Positions 1 through 10,767 of a stretch of 51,289 nucleotides of DNA are shown piece after piece. The stretch is from the NCBI GenBank assembly GCA_964569055.1, contig CAZMSZ010000005.1, positions 1-51,289 of the forward strand, read 5' to 3'. The translations under genes were made by a program, and so were the position numbers. The stretch is from an uncultured Planctomycetota bacterium. Its GTDB lineage: Bacteria > Planctomycetota > J058. The notes under the pieces were generated by a model. The model saw nothing but the letters and a program-made list of their open reading frames with translations. It was not told where the DNA came from and searched no databases. The first letter of the stretch is position 1. Every line of letters starts with the position of its first letter.

Positions 1-2199
1 GGAACCCCCGCTGCCACGCCCGCGACCGGACCGGGCGGCGGCGGCGGCGGCGGCGGTCACGTCGGCGCCGGCACCGGCGCAGCCGGCGGTGCGGGCGGCT
101 TTGGCGGCGGCGGCGGCGGCGGCGGAGCTGGCGGCGGCGGGGCTGGCGGCTTCGGCGGCGGCGGCGGCGGCGGCAACGGCGTCGGCGGTCTGTTCGGCGG
201 CGACGGGAACGACGTCAACGGCGGGGTCGGCGGCGGCGGCGCGGGCCTCGGCGGCGGGGTGTTCCTGAACGGCGGCACGCTCGAGGCGACGAACTGCACG
301 TTCATGAGCTGCACGGCTGTCCGGGGCTCGGCCCCGACGATCCAGGGCGTCCCCGGGAACCGGGGTCAGGGCCGGGGCGGCGCGATCTTCCAGCGCAACG
401 GGTCGCTCACGCTCATGCACTGCACGATCGCGTCGAACACGGCCTCGACGGCGGCTGGCGGCGTGGGCGTGGTGGCGGACGGCGCCACCGCGACGGTCTC
501 GATCCGCAACACGATCATCGCCAGCACCAGCGGCACGGCGCTCGTGGGCACGACGAACGACGGCGGGACGATCAGCGACTCGGGCGGCGGGAACGTGATC
601 ACCAGCCAGGCGGGCTTCTCGCCCGTGCCGACGGTCTCGACCGACGACCCGCTGCTGGACCTCGCTGCGCCCGACGGCCCGACGGCGACGTTGTCTCCTC
701 AGTTCGGGAGCCCCGCGATCAACGCCGCCGACGCGACGGTCCAGGCGAACGCCCCGCCCGCCGGGCCGGGTGGGGTCGACCAGCGCGGTCGGCCCCGCCG
801 CAGCGGCTTCTCGGACGTGGGCGCGTTCGAGGCGCAGGTCGACCTGATCGTGGCCGAGTCGGGCGGCGGGCAGTCGGTCCTGGTCAGCACGCCCTTCGCG
901 GACCCGATCGTGCTGCGGGCGGACGACGCCAACGGAAACGCCCTCGCCGGGGCGGCGCTCACGATCGCGCCGCCGGCCACCGGCGCCAGCGCGACCTTCT
1001 CCTCGACGACCCCCACCACCGGCGCGGGCGGGACGGCCCAGGTCACCGCCACGGCGAACGCTACGGCCGGGGGCCCGTACACGGTGGACGTCACGTCCGG
1101 GGCGGGCGCGGGCGTGTTCCAGCTCACGAACACGGCCCCACCGCCGGCCGCGATCGTGCTCGTGAGCGGCGGTAGCCAGAGCGCCGAGGTCGGGACGGCG
1201 TTCGCGCAGCCGATCGTGCTGCGGGTCGACGACGCGGGGGGGAACCCCCTCGAGGACGTCACGCTCACGATCACGCCGCCCGCGAGCGGCACGAGCGCCA
1301 CCTTCCCGGCCACCGTCCAGACGGACGTGGACGGCCTGGCGTCCCTCACGCCCACCGCGAACGCGGTGGTGGGCGGCCCCTACACCGTGAACGTGAGCGC
1401 CGGCGGCGGGACCGTCACGGGCTCGTTCGAGCTCACGAACACGGCCCCGCCGCCAGCCGCGATCGTGCTCGTGAGCGGCGGAGGCCAGAGCGCCGCGGTG
1501 GGGGAGGCGTTCGCGCAGCCGATCGTGCTGCGGGTCGACGACGCGGGGGGGAACCCCCTCGAGGACGTCACGATCACGATCACGCCGCCCGCGAGCGGCG
1601 CGAGCGCCACCTTCCCGGCCACCGTCCAGACGGACGTGGACGGCCTGGCCTCGCTCACGCCGACGGCGAACACGGCAGCGGGCGGCCCCTACACCGTGAA
1701 CGTGAGCGCCAGCGGCGGGAGTGTCACCGGCGCGTTCGAGCTCACGAACACGGCAGGTGCGCCGGCGTCGGTCGTGGTCGTGAGCGGCAACAACCAGAGC
1801 ATACGCGGGGGGGTCGGGCAGTTCGACGATCCGATCGTGATCGCGGTGCTCGACGCCCACGGGAACCGGCTCCCCAACGTCACGGTCACGCTCTCGAGCT
1901 CGAGCGGATGGGTGGACGTCTCCCCGTCGACCACGAGCACGAACGCGAACGGAGAGTGCTCGTTCCTCGTCGAGGCGCCCCAGCAACCGCCCGCGAACAC
2001 CGTCGTCGAGCTGACCGCTTCCGCCGCGGGCGTCTCGGGCGGCGAGCGCGTCACCCTCACCGTCACGCGGTCTGCGAGGTTCTCGACCAACGGCGGCTGC
2101 GCGATCGCCCCTGGGTCGGCTCCGCCGACCCGCCTCGTGCCGGTCGCGCTGCTCCTCGCGCTCCTGCTCGCCCTCGGCCGCGCGCGGCGAACGGCGTAG
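1..2199 (+). CDS. 5'-partial surface protein: Gly-rich region, choice-of-anchor-Q-like domain, about 4 bacterial Ig-like (Big_1/invasin-type) repeats, C-terminal GGC-TM-basic sorting signal
   Basis: Frame 1 is open from base 1 (GTPAATPATGPGGGG...). Contains DPLL..GPTATLSPQFGSPAINA..DQRGRPR..DVGAFE, repeated SGGxQSAxVGxAFAQPIVLRVDDAGGNP units, and ends GGCAIAPG..VALLLALLLALGRARRTA. Confidence 0.85.
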   Translation, partial: GTPAATPATGPGGGGGGGGHVGAGTGAAGGAGGFGGGGGGGGAGGGGAGGFGGGGGGGNGVGGLFGGDGNDVNGGVGGGGAGLGGGVFLNGGTLEATNCTFMSCTAVRGSAPTIQGVPGNRGQGRGGAIFQRNGSLTLMHCTIASNTASTAAGGVGVVADGATATVSIRNTIIASTSGTALVGTTNDGGTISDSGGGNVITSQAGFSPVPTVSTDDPLLDLAAPDGPTATLSPQFGSPAINAADATVQANAPPAGPGGVDQRGRPRRSGFSDVGAFEAQVDLIVAESGGGQSVLVSTPFADPIVLRADDANGNALAGAALTIAPPATGASATFSSTTPTTGAGGTAQVTATANATAGGPYTVDVTSGAGAGVFQLTNTAPPPAAIVLVSGGSQSAEVGTAFAQPIVLRVDDAGGNPLEDVTLTITPPASGTSATFPATVQTDVDGLASLTPTANAVVGGPYTVNVSAGGGTVTGSFELTNTAPPPAAIVLVSGGGQSAAVGEAFAQPIVLRVDDAGGNPLEDVTITITPPASGASATFPATVQTDVDGLASLTPTANTAAGGPYTVNVSASGGSVTGAFELTNTAGAPASVVVVSGNNQSIRGGVGQFDDPIVIAVLDAHGNRLPNVTVTLSSSSGWVDVSPSTTSTNANGECSFLVEAPQQPPANTVVELTASAAGVSGGERVTLTVTRSARFSTNGGCAIAPGSAPPTRLVPVALLLALLLALGRARRTA
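1123..1754 (+). repeat. Near-identical 309-bp (103-aa) tandem duplication of an Ig-like domain
   Basis: ctcacgaacacggc recurs at 1123, 1432 and 1741; units 1123-1431 and 1432-1740 are nearly identical at DNA level. Confidence 0.9.
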
Positions 2200-2211
2200 C
2201 CCGGACGACCG

Positions 2212-2237
2212 CCCGGGGCGGCGCGAGCCGCCCCGGG
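2212..2237 (+). terminator. GC-rich hairpin after the surface protein gene
   Basis: cccggggcggc-gcga-gccgccccggg: perfect 11-bp stem with GNRA loop, 12 nt after the stop; no U-tract. Confidence 0.5.
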
Positions 2238-2357
2238 TCGAGTCGCGAGCCGCCGAGGCGGCTGGGTGCCAACGGAGTTGCCGCTCGGGCCACCAATTCC
2301 GGGTGAGGCAGCGGCTCGCGCGGGCGTAAACGAATCACGACGCGGGCTTGCGGCCGT

Positions 2358-2373
2358 GGGCCCGCGCCTTGCA
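2358..2373 (+). promoter_or_regulatory. Putative sigma-54 (-24/-12) promoter
   Basis: gGGCCCGcgccTTGCA: GG(2359-60)-N10-GC(2371-72), about 27 nt before the 2400 start. Confidence 0.4.
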
Positions 2374-2399
2374 GAAGGCGCGCACCACTCCACCCCCGG

Positions 2400-4532
2400 A
2401 TGGTGCCCATGCTGCTCCTCTCCCGCCGCGGCGCTCGCGCCGCGCTCGCCCTGACCCTGGCCGCGCTGATCGGGTGCGGCGGCTCCTCCCCCTCCTCCGC
2501 CGCGCGGAGCGCCTCCACCGGCGCGCCCGTGACCTCGGGCGCGAGCGGAAGCCCCGGCGCGCCGGGCTCGCTCGGGGCGAACGGCGCGCCCAGCTCGCTC
2601 ACCCCGGCGCGGCTCGAGGACGTCGTCACCACGCGCCTGGTGATCCAGGGGAGCGGGTTCACGTCCCCCGCCCACGTCGAGCTGGCCTCGGGGCTGGTGG
2701 TGATCGGGCTCGAGGCGCACGACGTCACCCCGACCGAGCTCGCGGTCTACGTCCCGCCGCTGTTCGCGGGGACGTTCCAGGTCCGGGTGGGGCGAGGCGG
2801 GATCGCCGACTACGTCCCGGGCGCCCTCGAGCTGGCCGGCGCGCCGACGCTCGACTTCGAGGTCCGGCAGGTCGCCCCCGCGAACCCCGGGCTCAATCAC
2901 CAGCTCCTCTACCCGCGCGCCGAGCACCAGGCGGTGGCGTTGCCGGGCGGCTCGGTCCTGATCGTCGGCGGCTGCGACCCGCAGGGCCGCGCGCTCGCGC
3001 CGGTCGAGCGCTACGAGCCGGCGACGGGCGTCACGACCGTGCTGAGGCCGCTGTGGGAGCCGCGCGTCGAGCACCAGGCGCTGCTGCTCGACTCGGGCGA
3101 AGTGCTCGTGGCCGGCGGGAGGTACGCCCCGGCCAACGCCTCGGCCCGCCCGAACATCCCGCTGTACTGCGAGGTGATCGACGTCGCGACCGGGGCGGCG
3201 CGATCGATCTTCCCGCGGATCGGCTACGCCGGCTTCGCGATCGCGCCGCTCGCGGGCGATCAGGCGCTCGTGGTGGGCGGCTCGTTCCTCCGCCCCGAGG
3301 AGGCCGCGTTCGTGATCGACGCCTCCGCCGGCACCGTCACCCCCGTGCCGCCGCCCGCGACCGAGCGGATCGACGCGGCCGCGGTCCGGCTCGCCTCGGG
3401 CGAGGTGCTGCTGATCGGCGGCGCCGACCGCGCCACGGGCCAGCCGCTCGACACCGTCGAGCGCTTCGACCCGATCTCCCGGACCTGGTCGACGCTCCCG
3501 GCGCGGCTCACCACGCCGCGGGTCGGCGCGCAGGCGCTGGCGGCCACCGGCCTGGTGACCGAGGCCGTGGTGGTGGGCGGGCAAGCCGCCGGCGCGCCGA
3601 TCGAGGCCTTCGGGGCCGGCGCGTTCCAGCCGATCGCCGCGACCGCGCCCGCCACGGCCGACTTCGCGGCCGCCGCGATCGACGTCGGGATCGCCGTGCT
3701 CGAGCCGGCCCTCGGGACGGCTCAGCTGCTGCTCCGCGACGGCCTCGGCCAGGAGGTGCTCCTGACGCCCGACCGCCCGCGCGACCCGCAGAGCGGGACG
3801 GCCCTGGTCGACCTCGGCCAGGGCCGCCTGGCGCTGATCGGCGGCCGCGCCAGCGGGCAGCCCGTCAGCGAGATCGAGGTGATCGACGCCTCGACGGCCC
3901 TCCCCACCAGCCCCGCGCCGCCCGTGACGTGGCCCTCCACCCCGAGCGCCACGCCCACCGCGACCCCGCCGCACGCGGTCGTGCACGGCGTCTCGGTCCC
4001 GATCGACGACACGGTCGCGTTCGTGCTCGACATCTCGGGCTCCATGGCCTGGGGCACGCGCTCGTTCGTGGACGCCACCACCGGTCAGACCCGCACGGGC
4101 GACTGGCTGGAGGCCGCGGTCCACGAGCTGATCCGCGCGATCGACGGCCTCGACCCCAGTGTGCGGTTCAACGTCCACCTGTTCGACTGCGCCGTGCGGA
4201 GCTGGCAGGTCGACGCCGCCTACGCCGACGCCGCGGCGAAGCAGAGCGCGGCGGCCTTCCTCCTCGCCGCCCAGCCGGTGGGCGCGACCGGGACCGGCGT
4301 GGCCGTCGCCGAGGCGCTCGCCGACCCGCGGGTGGGCTCGGTGGTCCTGATCACCGACGGCGCCCCCAACTGCGGCGCGCCGGACATGGCGGGCCACCTG
4401 AGCCTGATCCACCAGGCCAACGCCCAGGGCGCCGCGGTGTTCCCGTTCGGGATCCAGTCCACGGGCGCCTTCGAGCAGTTCCTGGTCGACCTCGCCGCGC
4501 AGACCGGCGGGCGCTACACGTTCGTGCCCTGA
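2400..4532 (+). CDS. Lipoprotein with IPT/TIG-like domain, kelch (galactose-oxidase-like) repeats and C-terminal vWA domain
   Basis: Lipobox LAALIG-C; repeats PRAEHQAVALPGGSVLIVGG, PRVEHQALLLDSGEVLVAGG, LASGEVLLIGG..VERFDP; MIDAS FVLDISGSM...GATGT...LITDGAPN. Start 2400 or 2409. Confidence 0.85.
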   Translation: MVPMLLLSRRGARAALALTLAALIGCGGSSPSSAARSASTGAPVTSGASGSPGAPGSLGANGAPSSLTPARLEDVVTTRLVIQGSGFTSPAHVELASGLVVIGLEAHDVTPTELAVYVPPLFAGTFQVRVGRGGIADYVPGALELAGAPTLDFEVRQVAPANPGLNHQLLYPRAEHQAVALPGGSVLIVGGCDPQGRALAPVERYEPATGVTTVLRPLWEPRVEHQALLLDSGEVLVAGGRYAPANASARPNIPLYCEVIDVATGAARSIFPRIGYAGFAIAPLAGDQALVVGGSFLRPEEAAFVIDASAGTVTPVPPPATERIDAAAVRLASGEVLLIGGADRATGQPLDTVERFDPISRTWSTLPARLTTPRVGAQALAATGLVTEAVVVGGQAAGAPIEAFGAGAFQPIAATAPATADFAAAAIDVGIAVLEPALGTAQLLLRDGLGQEVLLTPDRPRDPQSGTALVDLGQGRLALIGGRASGQPVSEIEVIDASTALPTSPAPPVTWPSTPSATPTATPPHAVVHGVSVPIDDTVAFVLDISGSMAWGTRSFVDATTGQTRTGDWLEAAVHELIRAIDGLDPSVRFNVHLFDCAVRSWQVDAAYADAAAKQSAAAFLLAAQPVGATGTGVAVAEALADPRVGSVVLITDGAPNCGAPDMAGHLSLIHQANAQGAAVFPFGIQSTGAFEQFLVDLAAQTGGRYTFVP

Positions 4533-4537
4533 GCGTC

Positions 4538-4574
4538 CCCGGATCTCGCACGACGGAGTCGTGCGGGATCCGGG
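4538..4574. repeat. REP-like palindrome / bidirectional terminator between convergent genes
   Basis: cccggatctcgcacgac-gga-gtcgtgcgggatccggg: 17-bp stem with one G-U pair; similar to the element at 19938-19976. Confidence 0.65.
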
Positions 4575-4653
4575 CTTGCCGGGCCCGCTTGGCGGACGCG
4601 AGCGGCACGTCGGCGTACGCGCGTCTACTCCAAGAGGCTTCGCTCGTGCGCCG

Positions 4654-6480
4654 CTAGATCGCGGCGAACATGGCCGAGCGGTCGGGCGAGGTGGCCTGGG
4701 CGGCGCGCCAGGCGTTCTCGCACAGGACCTGGCTGACGAAGAACCGCGCCGTCTCGACCTTGGCGGCGTAGAAGGCGCGCTCCTCGTCGCCGCCCGCCCA
4801 GCCGGCCCGCTCGGCGCGGTCGGCCGGGGCGCCGGCCTCGGCCAGCCAAGCCTCGGCGATCAGGGCCTGCTGCAGGAGCAGGTAGCCGCCGACCATGTTG
4901 CCGCACAGGGTGAGGAAGGGCGTGGCGCCCAGGGCGGCGCCCACGAAGTCCTTGCTGCCGAGCGCGCCGGCGAGCTGGGTCGCCACGGCGCCGACCTCCT
5001 TGGCGCGGCGGCCGAGCTCGACCAGCTCGGCGTCGAACGCTCCGCCGTGGCTGCCCCCGCTCTGCTCGAGGAAGGCCCCGATCTCGCCGAGCAGCTCCTT
5101 GAGCGCCTCGCCGCGGTCGCCGGCCACCTTGCGGAACAGGAGGTCGATCGCCTGGATCCCGTTGGTCCCCTCGTAGACGCAGGCGATCCGCGCGTCGCGC
5201 ACCAGCTGCTCCACCCCGTACTCGGTGCAGTAGCCGTAGCCGCCGAACACCTGCATGGCGGTCGAGCTGGCCTGGAACCCGACCTCGCTGCCCCAGGCCT
5301 TGCAGATCGGGGTCAGCAGCGCCACCCGCCGGGCGAGGCGCGCCCGCTCCTCGCCCTCGGCGGCGGCCTCCTGGTCGAGGAGCGCGCCGGTCCAGTAGAG
5401 GAGCGCGCGCGCCGCCTCGCTCTGGGCCTTCACGGTCAGCAGCATGCGCCGCACGTCGGGGTGCTCGATGATCGCGACCTTGTCCTGGGTGAGCGACTTG
5501 CCCTTGGCGATCGAGGAGCCCTGGATCCGCTCCTTGGCGTAGCGGAGCGCCAGGCCGTAGGCGGTCGCGGCCAGGGCCTGGCCCTGCTGCCCGACCACGA
5601 CCCGCTCCTCGTTCATGATGTCGAACATGATCGAGATCCCCTGGCGGGGCTCGCCGATCAGGTAGCCCTCGCACCCCCCGTTCTCGCCGAACTTCATGGT
5701 GGTGGTGACCGAGCCGTGGATCCCCATCTTCTCCTCGATCCCGGCGCAGAACACGTCGTTGGGGATCGTGGGGTTGCCCTCGGCGTCGAGCCGCAGCTTG
5801 GGCACGATGAAGATCGAGAGCCCCTTCACGCCCGCCGGGTCGCCCTCGATCCGCGCCAGGACGATGTGCACCACGTTGTCGACCATGTCGTGGTCGCCCG
5901 AGGTGATGAACACCTTCTCGCCCTGGATCCGGTAGCGGTCGCCCTCGATCAGGGTGGCGGTGGTGCGCGAGGCGCCGACGTCCGAGCCCGCGCCGCTCTC
6001 GGTGAGGCACATGGTGCCCTGCCACGTGGCCGAGATCAGCGGCTTGGCCCAGGTCTCCTGCTGCTCGGGGCTGGCGCGCCGCACCAGCATGTTGGCGCAG
6101 GCCCGGGTCAGGCCGGTGTAGTTGTGGAACGCGCAGCACGAGCCGATGATCAGCTCGTCCATGGCGGTCACCAGGCTCTGCGGCAGCCCCTGCCCCCCGA
6201 GCTCCTCGGGGTGCGGCATGCTCCCCCAGCCGTCCTCGCGCCACTGATCGAGCGCGCGCCGGTAGCCGGGCGGGGTGGTCACCGAGCCGTCCTCGTGGCG
6301 CACGCAGCCGACGCGATCGCCCTCGGCGTTGATCGGGGCGAGGAACTCGCTCACGAAGTTGAAGCCCGCCTCGAGGAACTGCTCGAAGGTGTCGCGGTCG
6401 AGCGCGAGGTGCTCCTGCACCCGGAGGTGCTCGAACAGCGTGAAGCGAATGTCGCGCATCTGGAGGGGCGAGTCGGCCAT
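4654..6480 (-). CDS. Acyl-CoA dehydrogenase (long, about 600-aa subfamily)
   Basis: GTMCLTESGAGSDVG, GEKVFITSGDHD, IEEKMGIHGSVT, QVFGGYGYCTEYGVEQLVRDARIACVYEGTNGIQAIDL; SD aggag upstream. Confidence 0.95.
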   Translation of the reverse strand: MADSPLQMRDIRFTLFEHLRVQEHLALDRDTFEQFLEAGFNFVSEFLAPINAEGDRVGCVRHEDGSVTTPPGYRRALDQWREDGWGSMPHPEELGGQGLPQSLVTAMDELIIGSCCAFHNYTGLTRACANMLVRRASPEQQETWAKPLISATWQGTMCLTESGAGSDVGASRTTATLIEGDRYRIQGEKVFITSGDHDMVDNVVHIVLARIEGDPAGVKGLSIFIVPKLRLDAEGNPTIPNDVFCAGIEEKMGIHGSVTTTMKFGENGGCEGYLIGEPRQGISIMFDIMNEERVVVGQQGQALAATAYGLALRYAKERIQGSSIAKGKSLTQDKVAIIEHPDVRRMLLTVKAQSEAARALLYWTGALLDQEAAAEGEERARLARRVALLTPICKAWGSEVGFQASSTAMQVFGGYGYCTEYGVEQLVRDARIACVYEGTNGIQAIDLLFRKVAGDRGEALKELLGEIGAFLEQSGGSHGGAFDAELVELGRRAKEVGAVATQLAGALGSKDFVGAALGATPFLTLCGNMVGGYLLLQQALIAEAWLAEAGAPADRAERAGWAGGDEERAFYAAKVETARFFVSQVLCENAWRAAQATSPDRSAMFAAI

Positions 6481-6578
6481 GGGGGCGCTCCTTCGGGGCT
6501 CGTCCGAGCGTGAGGGGCCGAGGTTAACCCGGGGGTGGCCGGGGCGGGAGCGCGGGAGCCCCGCTAAGATCGGGCTCC

Positions 6579-7319
6579 ATGGTCCTGTTCGTCCTCGAGC
6601 TGCTCGACCTCCTCGCCCTCGGCTGGTTGTTCCACCACCAGCGCGAGGAGGACCGCCGCCGGACCTACCGCAAGGAGGAGGTCCGGCGCGTCCTCGGCCG
6701 CCTGGCCGACTCGCTCGGCGGGGTCCACCTCAAGCCCTGGTTCCGCAAGCCGCGCGTGTTCGGCCACCACGAGGGGCGCGAGGTCGAGCTGATCTGGCTG
6801 GGCGCTGGCAAGGTCGAGGTGCGCTGCCGCGCGCGCCCCGAGCGCGCGCTCTCGGTCCGCCGCTGGCTGGGCTTGCTCGGCCGACCCGCGCGGGTCACCA
6901 CGCCCGGCGAATCCGACGAGCTGCGCGCCTGGGCCCTGCAGCTGACCGAGCGGTTCTGGGTGCAGCGGCTCGACGTCGCGGGCGGCGCGCTGGTCGCGCG
7001 GGCCGTCGTCGGCCTCGACGTGCTGCGCCTGCGCGCCCTGGCGGTCTCCATGGTCGAGCTCGCCTGGAGCGAGCCCGCCGCCTCGGCGGACGCCCCACCC
7101 GTGCGGGTCGCCTCGCGCGCCGACGCCGCCCCGAGCGCCACGGCCGAGCCGGCCCTGCGCTGCCCCTACTGCCACGACGAGCTCGGCCCCGCGGCCCCCG
7201 TCGTCCACTGCGCCGCCTGCGACGCCCCGCACCACCCGACCTGCTTCGAGGAGGGCGAGGGCTGCTCGATCGCGGGCTGCCAGGAGCGCAAGGCCCGCGG
7301 CCGCCGCGCGCGGGCGTGA
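6579..7319 (+). CDS. Membrane-anchored protein with C-terminal prokaryotic RING-like zinc finger (Prok-RING_1-like)
   Basis: N-terminal hydrophobic helix; CPYC-x12-CAAC-x3-HHxxC-x6-C-x4-C. Confidence 0.75.
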   Translation: MVLFVLELLDLLALGWLFHHQREEDRRRTYRKEEVRRVLGRLADSLGGVHLKPWFRKPRVFGHHEGREVELIWLGAGKVEVRCRARPERALSVRRWLGLLGRPARVTTPGESDELRAWALQLTERFWVQRLDVAGGALVARAVVGLDVLRLRALAVSMVELAWSEPAASADAPPVRVASRADAAPSATAEPALRCPYCHDELGPAAPVVHCAACDAPHHPTCFEEGEGCSIAGCQERKARGRRARA

Positions 7320-7332
7320 AGGACGCGGCGGG

Positions 7333-7968
7333 TCAGGCGGCGGGAGGCGCGACGAGCACGGCGGCGCCGCCGCGCTTGCTCTCGATCACGAATGGCCCCG
7401 CTCCGCGCGCCCCGTGCACGAACACGCGTTGCGGACTGCGCATCGTGAGCCACGCGCCAAAGAATCGGTTGAGCGCGAACCGCTCGGGCCGCCAGTCGAC
7501 CTCGCTCCCGCGCACCGGGAGCAGGTGAACCCAGTAGCGCCCGTGGCCCGCGAAGCGCTCTTCGTGGACGATCGCATCCATGGGCAGCGCTCGCCCCGCA
7601 CCGAGCAGCGCGACGAGACGCGGCCAGCGGCGCACCACGCGCACGGACCAACGGCCGATCACGAGCGTACAAGCGAGCCCTCCGAACAAGAACGGCGCCG
7701 CGAACACCAGCATCAGCGGGCTCTTGTCGTCTTCACCGAAGAGGGCCCCGAAGGCGACCAGGAGACCCACCGCGCAGAACGCCAGCCCGGGGAGGAGCAG
7801 CAGCACCCCCAACAGCGTGTCCACCGCCAACTGCGCGTAGACGAGCAGGCGCACCCCGCCGCCGAGCCGCCGCGCGACCTCGCCGGCGGCGTTCGGAGCC
7901 GCGCCGGCCGCGTCCGCGGGTTCGGGTTTCGCCGTGCCCGAGGGCGCCCTGCGACGGCGCCTTCGCAC
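7333..7968 (-). CDS. Hypothetical two-TM membrane protein
   Basis: Two hydrophobic segments; GTG start 1 nt after the stop of the sigma-54 activator (coupled). Confidence 0.6.
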   Translation of the reverse strand: MRRRRRRAPSGTAKPEPADAAGAAPNAAGEVARRLGGGVRLLVYAQLAVDTLLGVLLLLPGLAFCAVGLLVAFGALFGEDDKSPLMLVFAAPFLFGGLACTLVIGRWSVRVVRRWPRLVALLGAGRALPMDAIVHEERFAGHGRYWVHLLPVRGSEVDWRPERFALNRFFGAWLTMRSPQRVFVHGARGAGPFVIESKRGGAAVLVAPPAA

Positions 7969-7969
7969 G

Positions 7970-10267
<2,298 letters not shown>

Positions 10268-10349
10268 CTTCGTCGCTCCCGCCCGGAGGCCCGAGACCCT
10301 TGAGAGTATAGGAATTGCGCCGCGCTCGCACGACCCCGCCCCGGGCTGG

Positions 10350-10378
10350 TTGCAGGAGCGGCCCGACCCTGCCACGCT
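10350..10378 (+). promoter_or_regulatory. Possible sigma-70-type promoter of the Pup-like operon
   Basis: TTGCAG-N17-CACGCT, same architecture as 33764-33792. Confidence 0.3.
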
Positions 10379-10413
10379 AATCCTAGAGTCCGACGAATTT
10401 GGGTGAGGTCCCC

Positions 10414-10725
10414 ATGAGCGCCTCGAGCTTCGAGGTCCTGCTGCAGTCGTTCCCGAGCATGGCCGGCGCCCTGCAGGGACTGGCCGACCCGTCGAGCGCG
10501 GCGATCCCCGCCGGCGCGGGCCTGCTCCTGGTGCTCGCCGCCGCGGCGGCCCTGCGCGGCCGGGCCGCGCCCGTCTCCCCCGCCGCCGCCACCCCGCTGC
10601 CCTCGGCCGCGCTCGGCGACGCGGCCCCGGCCGCGAGCCCCGCCATGGAGCTGGCCGTGGGGGCGACGGAGGGCGCGGGCGCCGCCGCGCTGCTCGGGCT
10701 CACCACCGCGGGCGGCGGCGAGTAG
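10414..10725 (+). CDS. Pup-like small modifier protein with hydrophobic segment and C-terminal GGE
   Basis: 103 aa, third codon positions almost all G/C, SD gagg upstream, ends AAALLGLTTAGGGE, lies directly upstream of a PafA-type ligase. Confidence 0.7.
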   Translation: MSASSFEVLLQSFPSMAGALQGLADPSSAAIPAGAGLLLVLAAAAALRGRAAPVSPAAATPLPSAALGDAAPAASPAMELAVGATEGAGAAALLGLTTAGGGE

Positions 10726-10767
10726 CGGATCGCGACCGCCACGCCCGGCGAGCCCGTCCCCGCGCGC

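Noticed and set aside
57-314. Poly-proline ORF on the minus strand
   Set aside because: Antisense shadow of the GGC-rich glycine tract of the plus-strand surface protein.
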